Shown: positions 14,294 through 28,254 of the stretch, piece by piece
Position numbering within the stretch: the first letter of the stretch is position 1
Layout of the letters: every line of letters starts with the position of its first letter
Assembly: GCA_951406725.2 (NCBI GenBank)
Contig: OX597822.1
Coordinates: forward strand, 24,800,001 to 24,864,000
DNA from: Octopus vulgaris
Lineage: Eukaryota
Direction of reading: 5' to 3'
DNA: 64,000 nt
The notes under the pieces: model-generated
Seen by the model: only the letters and a program-made list of their open reading frames with translations
What the model was told of the DNA's origin: nothing
Databases searched by the model: none
Translations under genes and position numbers: made by a program

Positions 14294-14752
14294 TCTTCCT
14301 AACTAATTGCAAATGACAGGCAATTTTAGAGGAGCAGTAAGTGGATTACATTGAACCAGTGATCAACAGGTACTTATTTTTTTGAATCCAACAGGATGAA
14401 AAGAAAAGTTTACCTTGGTAGAATTTGAACTCAGAACATAAAGCCAAAAGAAATGCAGTTAAGCATTTTGTCCAACTTACTCATGATTCTACCAGCTTGT
14501 CACCTTAGTAGTAGTAGTTGTAATGGTAATAATAATAATCCTTTCTATTATAGGCACCAGGCCTGAAACTTTGGGGAGAGGGATAGTTGATTACATCGAC
14601 ACCAGTATTCAACTGAGACTTATTTTATCAGCCTCAAAAGGATGAAAGGCAAAGTCAACCACAGCAGAATTTGAACTCAGAATGTGAAAACAGACAAAAT
14701 ATTGTTAAGCATTTTGTCCAGCATGGTAACATTTCTGCTAGCTTGCTGCCTT
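14016..14752 (-). mobile_element. Head-to-tail array of three SINE family B copies separated by (AAT)n/(AGT)n tracts
   Basis: Three ~215 bp units (14016-14231, 14293-14506, 14538-14752), each with variants of ggtacttattt, gatgaaaggcaaagtc, gaatttgaactcagaa and aagcattt. Confidence 0.9.
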
Positions 14753-16926
14753 AATAATAATAATGATAATAATAACTCTTGCTAATTAATTCCTAAATTC
14801 TTTAGGGTTTTATGCTCTCAAAGATAAATTATGAGATATGTAACTTCCTTCCAAATTGAAGTAGAGAAAATAACTAGGTTTAAATTTTTATTACATAACA
14901 TTGAAACAAAATATTTTACAAGTTTTGAATATCATAAACTTTGTAATTTGTTTTTCTTCTTGTACTCCAATCATTAACATCAACTAAACTTTATTCCTAG
15001 CCAATCCCAAAAATATGTAAATAATCAAAAATTTTCTTCAGATTAAGTCCAAAGTATGTTTACATACTTATGCAATATGTAAAATATTACACCATATGCA
15101 AGTATGGCATAAGATATGATAAAATCTCAGAAGATGTTTGGTGAAATGTCACTTCATTCTGCATACAACAAAGTGCTTATAAAGTTGTATACTGGATTCA
15201 GAAAGCACATAATACATGTACTGGGCCTAAAGAGAGCCCATGAAGAATAAACATTGCTAGGGTTGGGTTTATGATTAATATATATTTCAATCCATAACTA
15301 TCTTCACAATACATTTACATATACATCATATGTGATTATGTTGGTTGATGTTTGGTGAAAGATGTTATTTTAAATACTGTTAATAGAATGCATATTGACT
15401 TCATTTCTTCAAGAGATGGTGATTCCTGTCTAAGAGGCAGTGCTCCAGCATGGAAATAATGGTTAAAACAAATTGAAAAGCTAAAAAGAACTAAACCAAA
15501 AGTAGTATATATTTAAAAGCAACTATGCTGCAGAAAATATTTAATCTACATTACTCCTGTATTGGGTAACTTCACAGTATAACAATATATTTGATAATAG
15601 AAACCTTCAATTGACAACCAGCATTCGTAGTAAATTCTTAATTCAAATAGAAATCTTTGGTAAGTCTGTATTCATTGTTTTCCATCAAAATATAAACATT
15701 TGTACATTAGCAGTCTGCATACATACTTATAATGTGTATATATTGGAAGTCTTCTAAACTGTGATATATGCCCTGAGAAATTATCTCTTATAGATGTATT
15801 CTGTTAGAAATGCAGGTAAAAGTCACTCAGCATTGGTGGTGAAGTTGTTAGATCCAAATTTCTGCCTATTAGTTTCATCAGTAGCAAATATCTACGTCAC
15901 TTTGTGACCTTATAAGCATGTTATTATGATATAAATCTAAGACTCAAGAATCCAATGTTAGTTTCCTCTCTACCATAAAGAGGCTACACATAACATTTTT
16001 GACTATACAAAGTATAATCAGACTGTTTGATATTCATCCCTTTCTCATGTGAAAGAGCATCAGTCAAAGAATCAAAACAAGGTGGTAGGCTCAGCTAGAT
16101 AATTTTGAAGCACACAGTCAGGTAATATGTAATATAATTTTATTTCCTAAGCACAAAGTCAGCAAAGTAGGAGTAGTGATGGGGTAATTAAGAAGATACT
16201 ATAACAAATTTAACACATACCAGTGGGACACCAAACAAGGTACAGTATAAAACATGTAATCCAGTTCCATGTCTAATATCCAAATATTAATATTGGTGTC
16301 TGTAATTTATCTTAGTAAGGTATTTAATCACAGAATATCTAAGCAAAAGAAAAAAAATGTTGCTAATACTTCTACTACGCACTATCAAGAACTACTTTCA
16401 TACTTCCATTTAAAATTAGATCACCATCTCTTTAGCTATTTTCTGTACAAATTAAACAAATAAAAACTTCTACTCAAGTGGAACTTTGATAGAAGTTTCT
16501 CTTAAAAAAATATCTTTTGAAAGATATATTGACTTCTAATTCCATTTAGCTACATTATGAGGTCTCTAAAATAAAATGAATTCCTATTAGGAAGAGAAAA
16601 AAAATCCATTCTAATTCACATCTGGTAGATAAAGAAGTTTCCATTTTACTAAATCATATTCACAACTTTTTACTGCAATTTGACATTTATACATCATCAG
16701 TGTTGCACTTTTAAGTTACCATAGCTTCAAGTAAAAGCAGCTGAAAGTTGATATTTTAATAGTTTTAATACATAGTTATATATACATTAATTACAGAATT
16801 TACATAAATGGAAGAACAAGTATATAAAATGTAATTATTGTGGATTTTGTCTTTCTGGTTCTGATCATCAGATTTTGATCATTGGCATGCATTGAGTTAG
16901 ATAAAAAAGGAGTTTATAAAACTTAC

Positions 16927-17048
16927 TTATCCACAAATCCCTCTAATTCTTCGGCCTGCTCGGCTAGGGTGGACTCCAAATCCAAATAGGTTCCATATTC
17001 ACTGACACCAGTTCGGTAACGGAATATTTGTAAGGCACAATCATCCAA
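16927..17048 (-). CDS. FHOD3: FHOD-family formin, coding exon 2 (122 nt; gene continues beyond window start)
   Basis: Acceptor tttattacAG, then LDDCALQIFRYRTGVSEYGTYLDLESTLAEQAEELEGFVD plus AA|GTAAGT donor (phase 0 in, phase 2 out). Continues exon 1 in frame and matches FHOD3 LDDCTLQ...GAYLDLEATLAEQRDELEGF. Too short for the ORF track. Confidence 0.95.
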
Positions 17049-17090
17049 CTGTAATAAATAGAAAATTTAGAAATATGGTAAGGGAAAATG

Positions 17091-17135
17091 GTTACATTTA
17101 TAACCGTTACATTTATAACCGTTACATTTATAACA
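17091..17135. repeat. 15-bp tandem repeat x3 (gttacatttataacc)
   Basis: Units at 17091, 17106 and 17121. Confidence 0.95.
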
Positions 17136-17348
17136 GTTGAGAGGAAGGGAAAGTCTTAACATTCCGGGCACTAGTCCTCTATCAAAAAGAGGAAAGAAAG
17201 GAAAATGGAGGTGGGGAACGATGAAAAGTGGTGGGGACAAAAAAGGAGAAATAAAAAACACAACTCATGAGTATATAATATACTTTTCTAATATTTTCAA
17301 ATCAGCAGAAAGCCACAAAACTGACCTAAAAGCTAAGAGTGTCATATA

Positions 17349-17382
<34 letters not shown>

Positions 17383-17985
17383 TTACACATTATGTACCCT
17401 TTCATTTGCAATCCAGATGTGACTGTCATAGTTGGATTTCATTACTACCACTTAGCTTATCATCAACCTCAATTTATTAGAGGGTAACAACTTGAAATAG
17501 TTATCTGCATTTTTTCCTCTCCGTTTATATCTCAGAAACCTGCTTTACCATGCTGATCTAGGTTAGAGATCAAATCAGTAACTTTCTTCCCACCTAGTTT
17601 AATTTCAAACTGTTTCTGTTCAGATTATTAATGTTTGAGATTTATATATATATATATATACACATACACACACACATGCATACAAACTCACCTAATTCTT
17701 TTTATCAATGTGTTTCCCATAAACATACCACCTTAGTTATCTCAGCCAAAATAGCTATAATCTATTAACATTTTTTTATAAAGAGACATCTTGTTAAGCA
17801 TGTTTACAATGAATTAAATGGATGTGATATTATTTGCAGGACAAGGCTCTTTCACTATTCCTGTACTTTGGGAAATGTTCGCAAAAGTCAACCAGTCAGC
17901 ATAAATTGGAAGTGATAGAGTATGTATAACAAACAAGACTGTTCTCCTTGAAGATTTTGATTATAACCATCATTTATTCGTTTAA

Positions 17986-18186
17986 CCCCTTAATGGATTA
18001 TCCTGAGTTTACTCGTGCATTGCAAATGTATCCTTTTAGAACCAGACGAGTATACTCGGTCAAAATTAACTTTTAATTTTAGCACTCAAATGAGTTTATT
18101 TGTTTTGTGTCATTGTATATAAAAGGAAATAAAAAAATATGCTTTGTAATGAAATGCCATGTCAGAATAATTGATCCATTAAGGGG
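17986..18186. mobile_element. piggyBac-type MITE, 201 bp
   Basis: TTAA target duplication at 17982-17985 and 18187-18190; perfect 13-bp TIR CCCCTTAATGGAT / ATCCATTAAGGGG; internal palindrome cgagtatactcg. Confidence 0.85.
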
Positions 18187-19464
18187 TTAACTTATATTTT
18201 TCCACACCTACTTACTTGAACTAATGAATTAGAAAGAACTGTTCTATGAAAAACTCAATTATAATAGAAATGAAGAAGATATTTATTGCTGTATTTTGAG
18301 AAGGTCATAATGCTAATAAATGCACACATACATTGGTCATGCTTTATTTCAGTGGTTAATTGATTAGTCTGTCCAAGTCCTTTTGTCACAATCTGGGACC
18401 TTATAAATGACTATGTGATCCCGAAGCATATCTTTCTCCTCAGCACTTATTGCATATTTACTGTTCATATCATAGATCTTGTAGTTGAAGTGAAATGTAA
18501 ACAGTGCTTGTTTTTTATTGACAGTTTGACCCCCCACAAAATTCAACAAATCCCACAAGAAAAATGAAATTTTGTAAAGCAAGCTATGAAACAATATTTG
18601 TCATGAAATAAAAGAAATCATAATTAGATTAAAGACCTTCCAACCATGAGCAACATGTCTTTAAGGGTATCTAGGACTATTACCCAATGTATCGTTTGTT
18701 ACTTTTTTTCAAGAAGATAGGGTATGATTTGAAAAAAATTTGTTTGCTATTTCTAGCAGGTCAAATGATGATGCAGAGACACCCTCTTTGGCTTATAAAT
18801 CTAGAGTAATAGATTAATTTGGTTATCAGCATATCAGTTAAGCTGTAGATAAAATTCTTGTTCCGGTACACAGAATTTACAGCATGCAAACACGTACCAG
18901 TTTGAGATAAGTGGGAGTAAACGTATAACAAAAATAACGCTGGTTTCATTATAAACTAATGAGAATGTCATTGATGTTTGAGGGGAGCTAGGTCGAGTTG
19001 TTTGAACTATGCTCATAATTTGATTATATCACTTTAATCCTTTCATTTCTAAATATGATATACACAAATAATTATTTCTAAAATTTTAACAATTTATTAG
19101 ATAACATATTTCTGAGAGAAGAAAAAAATGATAGCCAGAATATTATCAAAGTTCACATTCGCTCATATTCATATATATATTCATTCAGATATCAAAATTT
19201 TATTAAAGTAAATGACATTTTAGAAAATGCAATATTTAACATGAAAAGTGTGAACATGAATTTAATTTCTTGGTGTAAATGTTATATTAGCTATTTGGGT
19301 ATTTATATTAAACTGAATTTGAATTTGATAAATTCCCTTTTATATATATATAAAAGCATCATATATATAAAGCATCATCTCATGGTTTGAAACTTTAAGT
19401 ACCATGGAATTTGAATCAAACTGTTTTGGCCATGTTGAACCACTAAGCTCAACATGTTCTTTTC

Positions 19465-19635
19465 ATTCTCTCTCTATTCATTTCCTCTTATTCCTTTTTG
19501 TCAAAAAGTGTAGGCTCGAAATGTAAAAGACTTTTCCATTTTTCCCCGAATGACAAACTAATACACTTGCTTGTTGTTCCTACACCTGTCTTCATCTTTG
19601 TTTTTCTATAAATTTGATATATATATACATCTATA
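19465..19635 (+). mobile_element. Degenerate second copy of the Penelope-like end fragment
   Basis: Colinear with 33840-33995 (gctcgaaa-gtaaaagacttt...actaatacac...tacacc-tgtcttcatcttt); hammerhead core decayed. Confidence 0.5.
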
Positions 19636-21287
19636 TAACTAAAACTAAAGTTAAAAGTTTGTCTCGTAACTTGAATTTCACGCCAGTGCAATTATCAGAT
19701 AAACTCTCAGCTTGAGTTTTAATAAAAAATTATATCTCTACAAAATGTATTGAGCACTCCTTTCTCATTCATTTGCCATTAATAACATATATATATATAT
19801 ATATACACATACACACGTGTGTGTGTGTGTATTTACTGTTGATATAATTGTTATTAGTATTGTGTTATTTGTTGTATGACGAAAGGTGTAACTTGAAATA
19901 TTTATGGCAGAAGTTAACTTTGTCTTTCATCTTTCTAATGTCAGTAGTCTCCTGTCTGGAGACAAGTGAGAGTTGGTGACAGGAAGAGCATCCAACAATA
20001 GAAAATATGCTTTCAAACAATTCCATCCAACCCATGCAAGCATAGAAAAGTAGATGTTAAAAACAATAATGATGATACCCGCACATTTTGTAGCTATTTT
20101 GGTTATGACATGTTGTGTACTGCAAGCATGGGCCTTTTCAGTATCTAGTTATGGCCCTTTACAGTCTGAGTTCAAACCCCACTGTAAGTTCGTGTTCCTT
20201 AATATGCTGAGTTTAATTCCCCATGGGATGTGTTTACTCTCCATTCCATTGCAATATTAATACAATAAGTAATGTCTTATGGTTGATCCAATTGTTTGTA
20301 CTCCTTGCTGCCCACCCTATAAACTGTGGCCTTTTGCAAAGTCAGAAGTCATCACCATGATTATGTAAAATAATGGTAGTGAATGGTAGAAGCAGGAGAG
20401 GGTTGGATGTCTTGCAGTGCTTAAATTCAAGTCTCATTCTAGACTGTGCTTTTCTTCTTTGTGAGATTAATAAAATAAATGCCAATCAAATATAAATTAT
20501 TTTAATGCAAAATATCTTTTCACCAAGAAATGTGTATGTCTGTGCCTAAATTTTAGATCATTATTTATAAAAATATTAACATTTCTTACAATAAGAAAAT
20601 GTATAACTAGCTACACAATAGAAAAAAATTAATATTCATATGAAATTATCTTGTGATGTATATTTGTTTAAAATCTTAGAAGAATATTATTTTCTTAGCC
20701 CTCCCCCAACCTCACCTCACCTCCCCAAATGAATGCCTAAACTCTCCCATCTTCATCTCACACTAACTTATACAGAAGATGGTAGTGTGATGGTGGTGGG
20801 TTATCAGATATCATAAAATTAAAATCTGTGTATAGAAAACCTGACAGGAATTTACAAACATGACTATCTCTGAAGAACACATGTGCAAAGCTATAAATAC
20901 AAGATTTTTTTTGTCAATAGCCATAAATTTACCAAGTCTTAGAGAATACAGAGTTAAAAAGATATTTAAGTATTACTAAAATAACACAAATATATTTACA
21001 AAAAAAGGTTTTCTTTTTTTATGTTTTCACAATCATTTGTTGTAATTTGGTATGTTTGAAGTAAAGTAATATAGCCTTTTTCTGTAAAGATGTTTAAAAT
21101 ATGTTGGTGACTAGCAAACTGGAGTACCAAAATGTACTGATGACTACCAAATTGGAAGTAGAATTTACTGGTATAACAGTGATAACTATAAAAATCAAAA
21201 CTAAATTTGCTGAGTACAATCAGGTTGGCAAAATGCTACAACAGGATAATGTAAAAACTGCAAGAGAAAGAAAGCAAGGGGTAGATA

Positions 21288-21525
21288 TCATCATCATCAT
21301 CATCATTGTTTAACGTCCGCCTTCCATGCTAGCATGGGTTGGACGGTTCGACCGGGGTCTGGGAAGCCAGGAGGCTGCACCAAGCCCAGTCTGATCTGGC
21401 AGTGTTTCTACAGCTGGATGCCCTTCCTAACACCAACCACTCCGTGAGTGTAGTGGGTGCATTTTATGTGCCACCGGCACAGGTGCCAGGCAAGGCTGGC
21501 AATGGCCACGATCAGTTGGTGCTTA
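21288..21525 (-). mobile_element. Retroposon family C, 5'-truncated copy
   Basis: Highly similar to 4332-4550. Confidence 0.88.
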
Positions 21526-22146
21526 TCATACTGTTAGGTACAAATCTCTAACAGGTCAATCACTGGATCTGAAGTCTTGTAACGGTATCTGTAATCTGAT
21601 GCAGAACAATGATCTTAAAGGACTTTACCCATAAAACCTATTTCAATGTCTTTTTCATCAATTCACATTGGTGAAAGATATATACTCACAAACGTATTTC
21701 ATACTACAAATTACATGAAACTGAGATGATCATTCACTTGGTGGTTACATTAGAAAAGAGAATTCAAAATAGCCATTTGATGAGCAAGTAGTACCTAAAA
21801 GATATGTTGTGATTTCTGAGTCAGTTACTTAAAATTAAGATGATAATTAGTTAACTGGATTAGTTAAAAATGGAAACACAATCATTGAAACAATTAAAAT
21901 TACTACCTTTGATTTCAATGTAAAAAGAAACGGAAATTTTCAACGGAACTAATTTACCATTAGATGAAGTACAAGCTGTCAAGATTTAATTTTAGAACCT
22001 GCAGTAGTAATATATCTTAATAGATATATATGAAAATAACATTTATAAAGAATATCTAAAAGGTGAGAATATGAACTTCAGATACAATACTATCAGTTAA
22101 ATGTCGTTTTATTTTGAAACTGCTTAAAAAACGAAAATCACTTTAA

Positions 22147-22358
22147 CCTTTTTGATGTCAGTTCAAGACTGTACCTGATTCTATAACACAAGCCTCCTGT
22201 TTTGAAGTGATCTAAACTAAAACCTTCCAACAAAATTTCATTTAATTTCCAAACATTAGCTTAATAATGACAAAGTTATTTTACAAAATACTTCGACATT
22301 TTTAAAGCTAACTAAAACAAATTCAGTTTATTCCAACAGGAATATGGTAACAAAAGGG
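22147..22358 (+). mobile_element. TTAA-flanked piggyBac-type MITE family 2, copy 1
   Basis: TTAA-CCTTTTTG...CAAAAGGG-TTAA; colinear with copies at 23863-24084 and 34244-34460 (shared aaagttattttac core). Confidence 0.75.
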
Positions 22359-23862
22359 TTAACAAAAATATCCAATTTAAAGAGAGGCAACTGTCAACAT
22401 ATGAATCAAATTAAAACAGGTATAGATGTGTGCCTGACAGGTATAAATCAAGTAAGACATGGCAGTATAAATGCTATTCTTAAGATTTGTAAATTTCATA
22501 AACATTCTATGATAAAACTAGAGCAACATTGATTAATCTATCAATTCCAATGAATATCAATCTCACTTAACCACAAGTTTCCAACATCTGAAGGAGTCAT
22601 GTTTTTTTAATTTTTTTATAAAGAATTCATAAAAGACTGTTTTTTATAACACTTAGTTTGTCTTAATAATTGATTTCAAAACAGACCAAAAAGCTTAAGT
22701 ATTAGCAGCAAACTTACAAGCATAAAATAAAAAAACAGGAATGTTACTTTTTTTTTGGTTCCCAAAAAATAACAAGATAATGCAATTGATTAGCAGTGTA
22801 CACACATACACACACAGAATCAAACATACACATGAATACAACATACAGGTAGGAACACATATGTTCACAACACTGAGGCAGGCACAAACACACACACACA
22901 CAGAGGCAGGCTCACACAGGTAGGCATGCACATACATCCTCTGTGTATTTTTTCAACATTAACAAACACACACACACACAAACCAAAGTAGCTACTAATC
23001 AATCGGTGTAAATTAAGAGCAAATGTTTTAGCACTTAGTAGGTGGTATCCTGATTTCAAGCTGTTCAATGAGAGGAAAAAACGGTCTCTAGCTTCAAGCA
23101 TTGGAACAAACTTGATAGTAATGCCTTCACTATTGATTCTTTGAATAAATTTTCAAAACAAATAATATAATTATGCATTAAGAGCAGCAGTTAACGAGCA
23201 GAATTGTTAGAGCGTCAGACAAATGCCATGCTGTATTTGTTCCAGTTCTTTGCATCATGAGTTTGAATTCTGCCTAATATCAATTCTGGTTTTCATCCTT
23301 CTGGTATCACTAAAATAAAGTACTAGCTAAGCACAAGGGCTGGTACTTTTCTCTCACAATCAATTGTGCTGTTTTGTGAGAATGATGTAAGAGATCACTC
23401 ACAGCATCCCTTTACTCTAAGATAACCACTTCTACTGTATCACACTGAGACCCTAATGCATGATGGTGATGATGAATTGTACATAAGGAAAAGAGAGCTG
23501 TAGTTGGTTTCCCTAATAATAGTTCAGTCTACCACTCACCAAATGATGAGATGAGGGTTCTTATCTTGTCCTTAGCATTGCACTATGTACCTGGCAAAGA
23601 CACTTAATTCTTAACCTATTGCACTTGGAAGTAAATGGGTAGAGAGGCACACTTCACAAATGGTGAGCAGATGGGACACTGACTAATTAATGTGTGTATG
23701 TAAATTTTGTCAGTAGTCAGTGTTGCAGTGTGAGATTCTGAAGTTGAGATACATGAAGTTTAATAGCAAGTTTGTACAAACGAAGCATTGGATAATTTTA
23801 GTGGAATCCAAATCACAAGGAACCATAGAACTTATGAAAATTGCTAGTTTCTATAGCATTAA

Positions 23863-24084
23863 CTGTTTTGGTATCAATGCACCTGAGGCCACCCTTTGTC
23901 CTATGATATAAACTTCCTGTTTTTAAATGTTTTAAATTAAAACCTTTCATCAAAAACTTCATGTTGATTTCTGCTCCTAACACTAGAGCTTACCAATAAA
24001 GTTATTTTACTAAATACTTCATTATTTTCAAAGTTAATTGAAACAAAGTTAGTGTATTTTAATGAAAATTTGGCAATAAAAGGG
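23863..24084 (+). mobile_element. TTAA-flanked piggyBac-type MITE family 2, copy 2
   Basis: TTAA at 23859-23862 and 24085-24088; ends taaaaGGG; homologous to 22147-22358. Confidence 0.7.
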
Positions 24085-24090
24085 TTAACC

Positions 24091-24139
<49 letters not shown>

Positions 24140-25481
24140 GATACTGAGCAGGAATATTTGAACTTCGCACTACAGAGTTAATCAATCATTCATCGATCTG
24201 ATAGTGCAGCTGTTACCTGCATTTTCAAAATATACAACTCATGGCACATAGTTTTAATAATTGATCCTCATTTATTTTTTATGACATAGTGTATATAAAC
24301 CTAATCAAATGTGTGCTTTTTTTAAAAATATGAGTCTGTCATTTAAGGGAAATTTGTCTGCAATTTCGAGCAGGCTGAATGACTTGTAGAGTTTCTCCCA
24401 TAGGCTTGTTACATTATATATTTAGCACTAGAGGGATTTGTCCATTGAGCTAAGTGTCTTAGTCATGGACACAATACAGTGTTGGTGAGAGGATGTGAAC
24501 CATTAACCTCCTGACCAGTTGTCAAATAGCTTACCAACTGAGTTATCCACATTTTCGTCATATAAATTAGAAGCATAATCTAACATTAAGAACCATTCAT
24601 CCTCAGCTTAAAAATATATAATTGCTCAGAGAACTTAATATCACCATAAATAACAATGATTGGTTTTAAAGAAACTTTAAAAAGTAACCGACCAATAAAA
24701 ATATAAAACTGCATTTTAATAATAAAACACAAACAAAATTAATGGTAAGTTGTATTCAAGTAAAACACACACATGTTCACCATGTACATCTCTTCATTTA
24801 AAATTGTGGAGATTTCCTTATTTTACACATTCATCCAAATTAGTTTAGTGACTTTGAACTTAAAGCTGACCTCAGTTTAATTCTCTTTAGTGTTGCTGAT
24901 GTCAGTGCTAAGTTCAAGGCGTGCTTCTTATTTTAACATAAAACATCTCTTCTAATATCGTTTTCTTTTTATTTCTTTTGTTTCTTTCTGACCACCATTG
25001 ACCTCAACTTCACAGTATTAATTTAAGCATCGGTTCTCAAAAGATTTGTTCAGTTCATACAGTTTTTAACGAGGTCCTCTTGTGTAGAAGTAGCTACAAA
25101 TTTCTTTTGATATCTGCTGGCTTCACTGACCTGAATTTTATTGTTTAAACTATCATAGCATATCTCCTTTCTGTTTGATATATAGTTTGTCTTCAGTTAT
25201 AATGGCACTAATACTGCAAATACAGATTTTAGCACAAGCCTCATTTAGAGTACAATGCCATTATTCTTTACGAAATCATTTCAAATACAAAGTGATAAAA
25301 AAGAAAACTGATATCCTCAAAAAAAAAAAAAAAGACTAGAATGTGATGAGGAGAGTGGTAGGTCTTGTCAGAGACTACAGCAAGAGAATTTAAGTATGAT
25401 TTAAGTTTTAAATTTAAAGAGACAGAGGTAACTACCACTAAGTATTCTATCTGATGCGTTACAAATTTTGTCATTCATTGT

Positions 25482-25512
<31 letters not shown>

Positions 25513-27595
25513 TCCTTTCTACTACAGGCACAAGGCCTGAATTTTGGTGGGGAGGGGGAAATCAATCACATTGACCCTAGTACTTGACTGGTACTTAATT
25601 TATCGACCTTGAAAGGATGAAAGGTAAAGTCAACCTTGGCGGAATTTGAACTCAGAACTTTCTAACAGGTTAAAGTTAGAAATTTGTGTCAAGCTCTACT
25701 GTCTGCTTTGGCATGGTTTCTATGGCTGGAAGCCCTTCCTAATATAATCATCATCATCATCAGCTAACATATGTTTTCCATGGTGGTATGTGTTGAATAG
25801 TTTGAATTAAGCTGGAAAGTCAGAAAACTACACCAAACTGCTCCTGCCAAAGCCATAGAAACCATACTTTTACATGGGTTCCATGGCTGGATGCATTTCA
25901 TAACAACAACCACTTTACAAAGTGTACAGGGTGCTTTTTATGTGACACCAGTAGCAGTGAGGTCACTGAATAATTTACATGACAATACTTCTTCAGTTGA
26001 GGGATAGTGGGGGGGGGGGGTAGTAGTATTGACGAAGGTGTCAGATGAGAGGTTACAGTAGGAGAAGAAGGACAGATATAGGCATCTTGCAATAAAAGAG
26101 ATATATGGCTGTGTAGGAGAGAAACAGGGAGAGAGGATGGACATAAGATGTGATGGGGGGTATACTCAAGTTACAGGGAGGTGTAAACTGGGATCAAGGA
26201 TTGCATATGGTGAGTGAGTTGGAACAACAAAAAAATATAAAAACATTTCTAACATGACCATTTCATTTTTCTACCAGTATATCTAAGACCATATTATTTA
26301 AAATGTCCCTTCCTTTCCCCAAAATTGTAGTATGTTATTTGAAGGAGATTTGGCTGGTGTTTCTAGTAGGCTAAGCAACCTGGTATGCAATCAGATCATG
26401 TCTCAAAGTATAAAAACCTCATGACTGACCTGACATGAATTTGAAGTTTTAAAGTCCCCTCCTTGAATTTTTTTTTTTAATTACCATGTTGTAAATCTTA
26501 ATCATAATAATATTTTGCTTAACATTGTCTTTCTGGCATTCTCTCTTTGCTCATGTTTTCCCTGCAGCTGACAATTTGCAACTATTCAATGAAACCCATA
26601 AATTTCTTAACTGCATTGCTCTCATTGGACCTTAAAGGACCTGTGAAAGCCATGAACTCAGGCCTTTCCTTCATTGCAAAGAAATGAAAAAAACACCCCA
26701 CCAAAACAATACTCCACTATTTCTATCAATATGCTGTTTTATGCTATAAAAAGCATTGCATAACAATATAACACAAAAAAAATCAATATTAATATTAAGA
26801 ACAACTAATGCTCATACAAAAGTTACTAACTATAAGATATGCATAAGTTTTAAATCAGTATTCACTCAACTGTAACCTCTTAGCCAATACCCATCACATT
26901 GTATTGTTTTAGAATATTATATTGTTGATAGAACAACCAAGGAAACAGTCTGCAGTATTCAAGTCAGAGCCTTAAGTTCTTAGTTCAAATCCTGCCAGAG
27001 TTGACTTTATGTTTTATCTTTCTAAAGGTCTATGAAAGAAGTACAAGTGAAGCACTAAGTTGATCTCATTGGTTACATCATCTCAGAAATTCTACAAAAT
27101 TCTTCTTTAGAAATTAAAAAAATGGTAACAAAAATAAACTTAATGTATTCTTAATATAACCAATTATTAAACAAGCATTCATTATTCATAAGCAACACAA
27201 TCTATGATAGATTTTATTTTAATAGAATTCGATTATGAAACTACGTTGCTGCAAAAAGCACTGTGTACCTCATTATCAGATCCTATAACAGTATATATTA
27301 TTCAAAATAAAAAAACTGAGACTCAAGAGCCTTGGTGTAGCTTGAGCCACGGTCTTAGCTTCTCAACTTTAAATAATATAAATATGAAAGATATTGAACA
27401 CACATTACATACACATTAAATACATGCATTAAATACATGCATTACATACATACATTACATACATACATTTACACACATATACATATAAAAGTCGAATCAC
27501 TTGTATAGTATAAAAAGCAAAGTATAAAAGAAATCTTTTGAGAACTTCTGAACATCAGCTAAATTCTCATACACCTGGGTATAATAGTGATAATG

Positions 27596-27832
27596 ATCTC
27601 AAATTTTGACACAAGGCTAGCAATTTTGGGGGAGGGGATAAGTCAATTACATTGATCCCAGTACTCAACTGGTACTTATTTGGTACTTAATTGGTTATAT
27701 TAAGAATACATGGTTATATTAAGAGTACTGAAAGGATGAAAGGTTGAATTTGAACTCAGAATGTAAATACAGTTGAAATGCTGCTAAGAACTTTGACAGG
27801 TGTGCTAATGATTCAGCTAGCTTGCCGGCATG

Positions 27833-27873
<41 letters not shown>

Positions 27874-28161
27874 CCCTTCTACTAAAGGTACAAGGCCTGA
27901 AATTTGGGGGAAGGGGCTAGTTGATTATATCGACCCCAGTACCTAACTAGTACTTATTTCATCAACCCTGAAAGAATGAAAGGCAAAGTCAACTGTGGCA
28001 GCATTTGAACTCAGAACACACAGACGGATGAAATGCTGGTAGGCATTTCGCTCGGTGCACTAATGATTCTGCCAGCTCACCACCTTAATAAATAATAATA
28101 ATAATAATAATAACTAAACATTTCACCCGGTGTGCTACCAATTCTGTCAGCTCACCACCCT

Positions 28162-28162
<1 letters not shown>
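27596..28162 (-). mobile_element. Array of two SINE family B copies plus a 5' fragment, spaced by (AAT)n
   Basis: Units at about 27596-27830, 27872-28086 and 28112-28162 with the same diagnostic motifs. Confidence 0.88.
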
Positions 28163-28227
<65 letters not shown>

Positions 28228-28254
28228 AACAATAATAATAATAATAATAATAAT
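28163..28254. repeat. (AAT)n microsatellite
   Basis: Directly visible; others at 14233-14292, 27835-27872 and 36570-36618. Confidence 0.97.

Noticed and set aside
14001-14775. Regular repeat-spacer layout superficially like a CRISPR array
   Set aside because: Units are ~215 bp SINEs with microsatellite spacers in eukaryotic DNA; no short constant repeats with unique spacers and no cas genes.
1-16926. Expected FHOD exon 3 (ILRTQLSVRVH-like)
   Set aside because: Not found by eye on the minus strand; presumed to lie beyond the left edge, though a manual scan could miss it.
21907-21998. Minus-strand segment bounded by ctgcAG and aag|GTagta in intron 1
   Set aside because: Weak donor, in-frame stop and no homology; such pseudo-exons are common in long introns.
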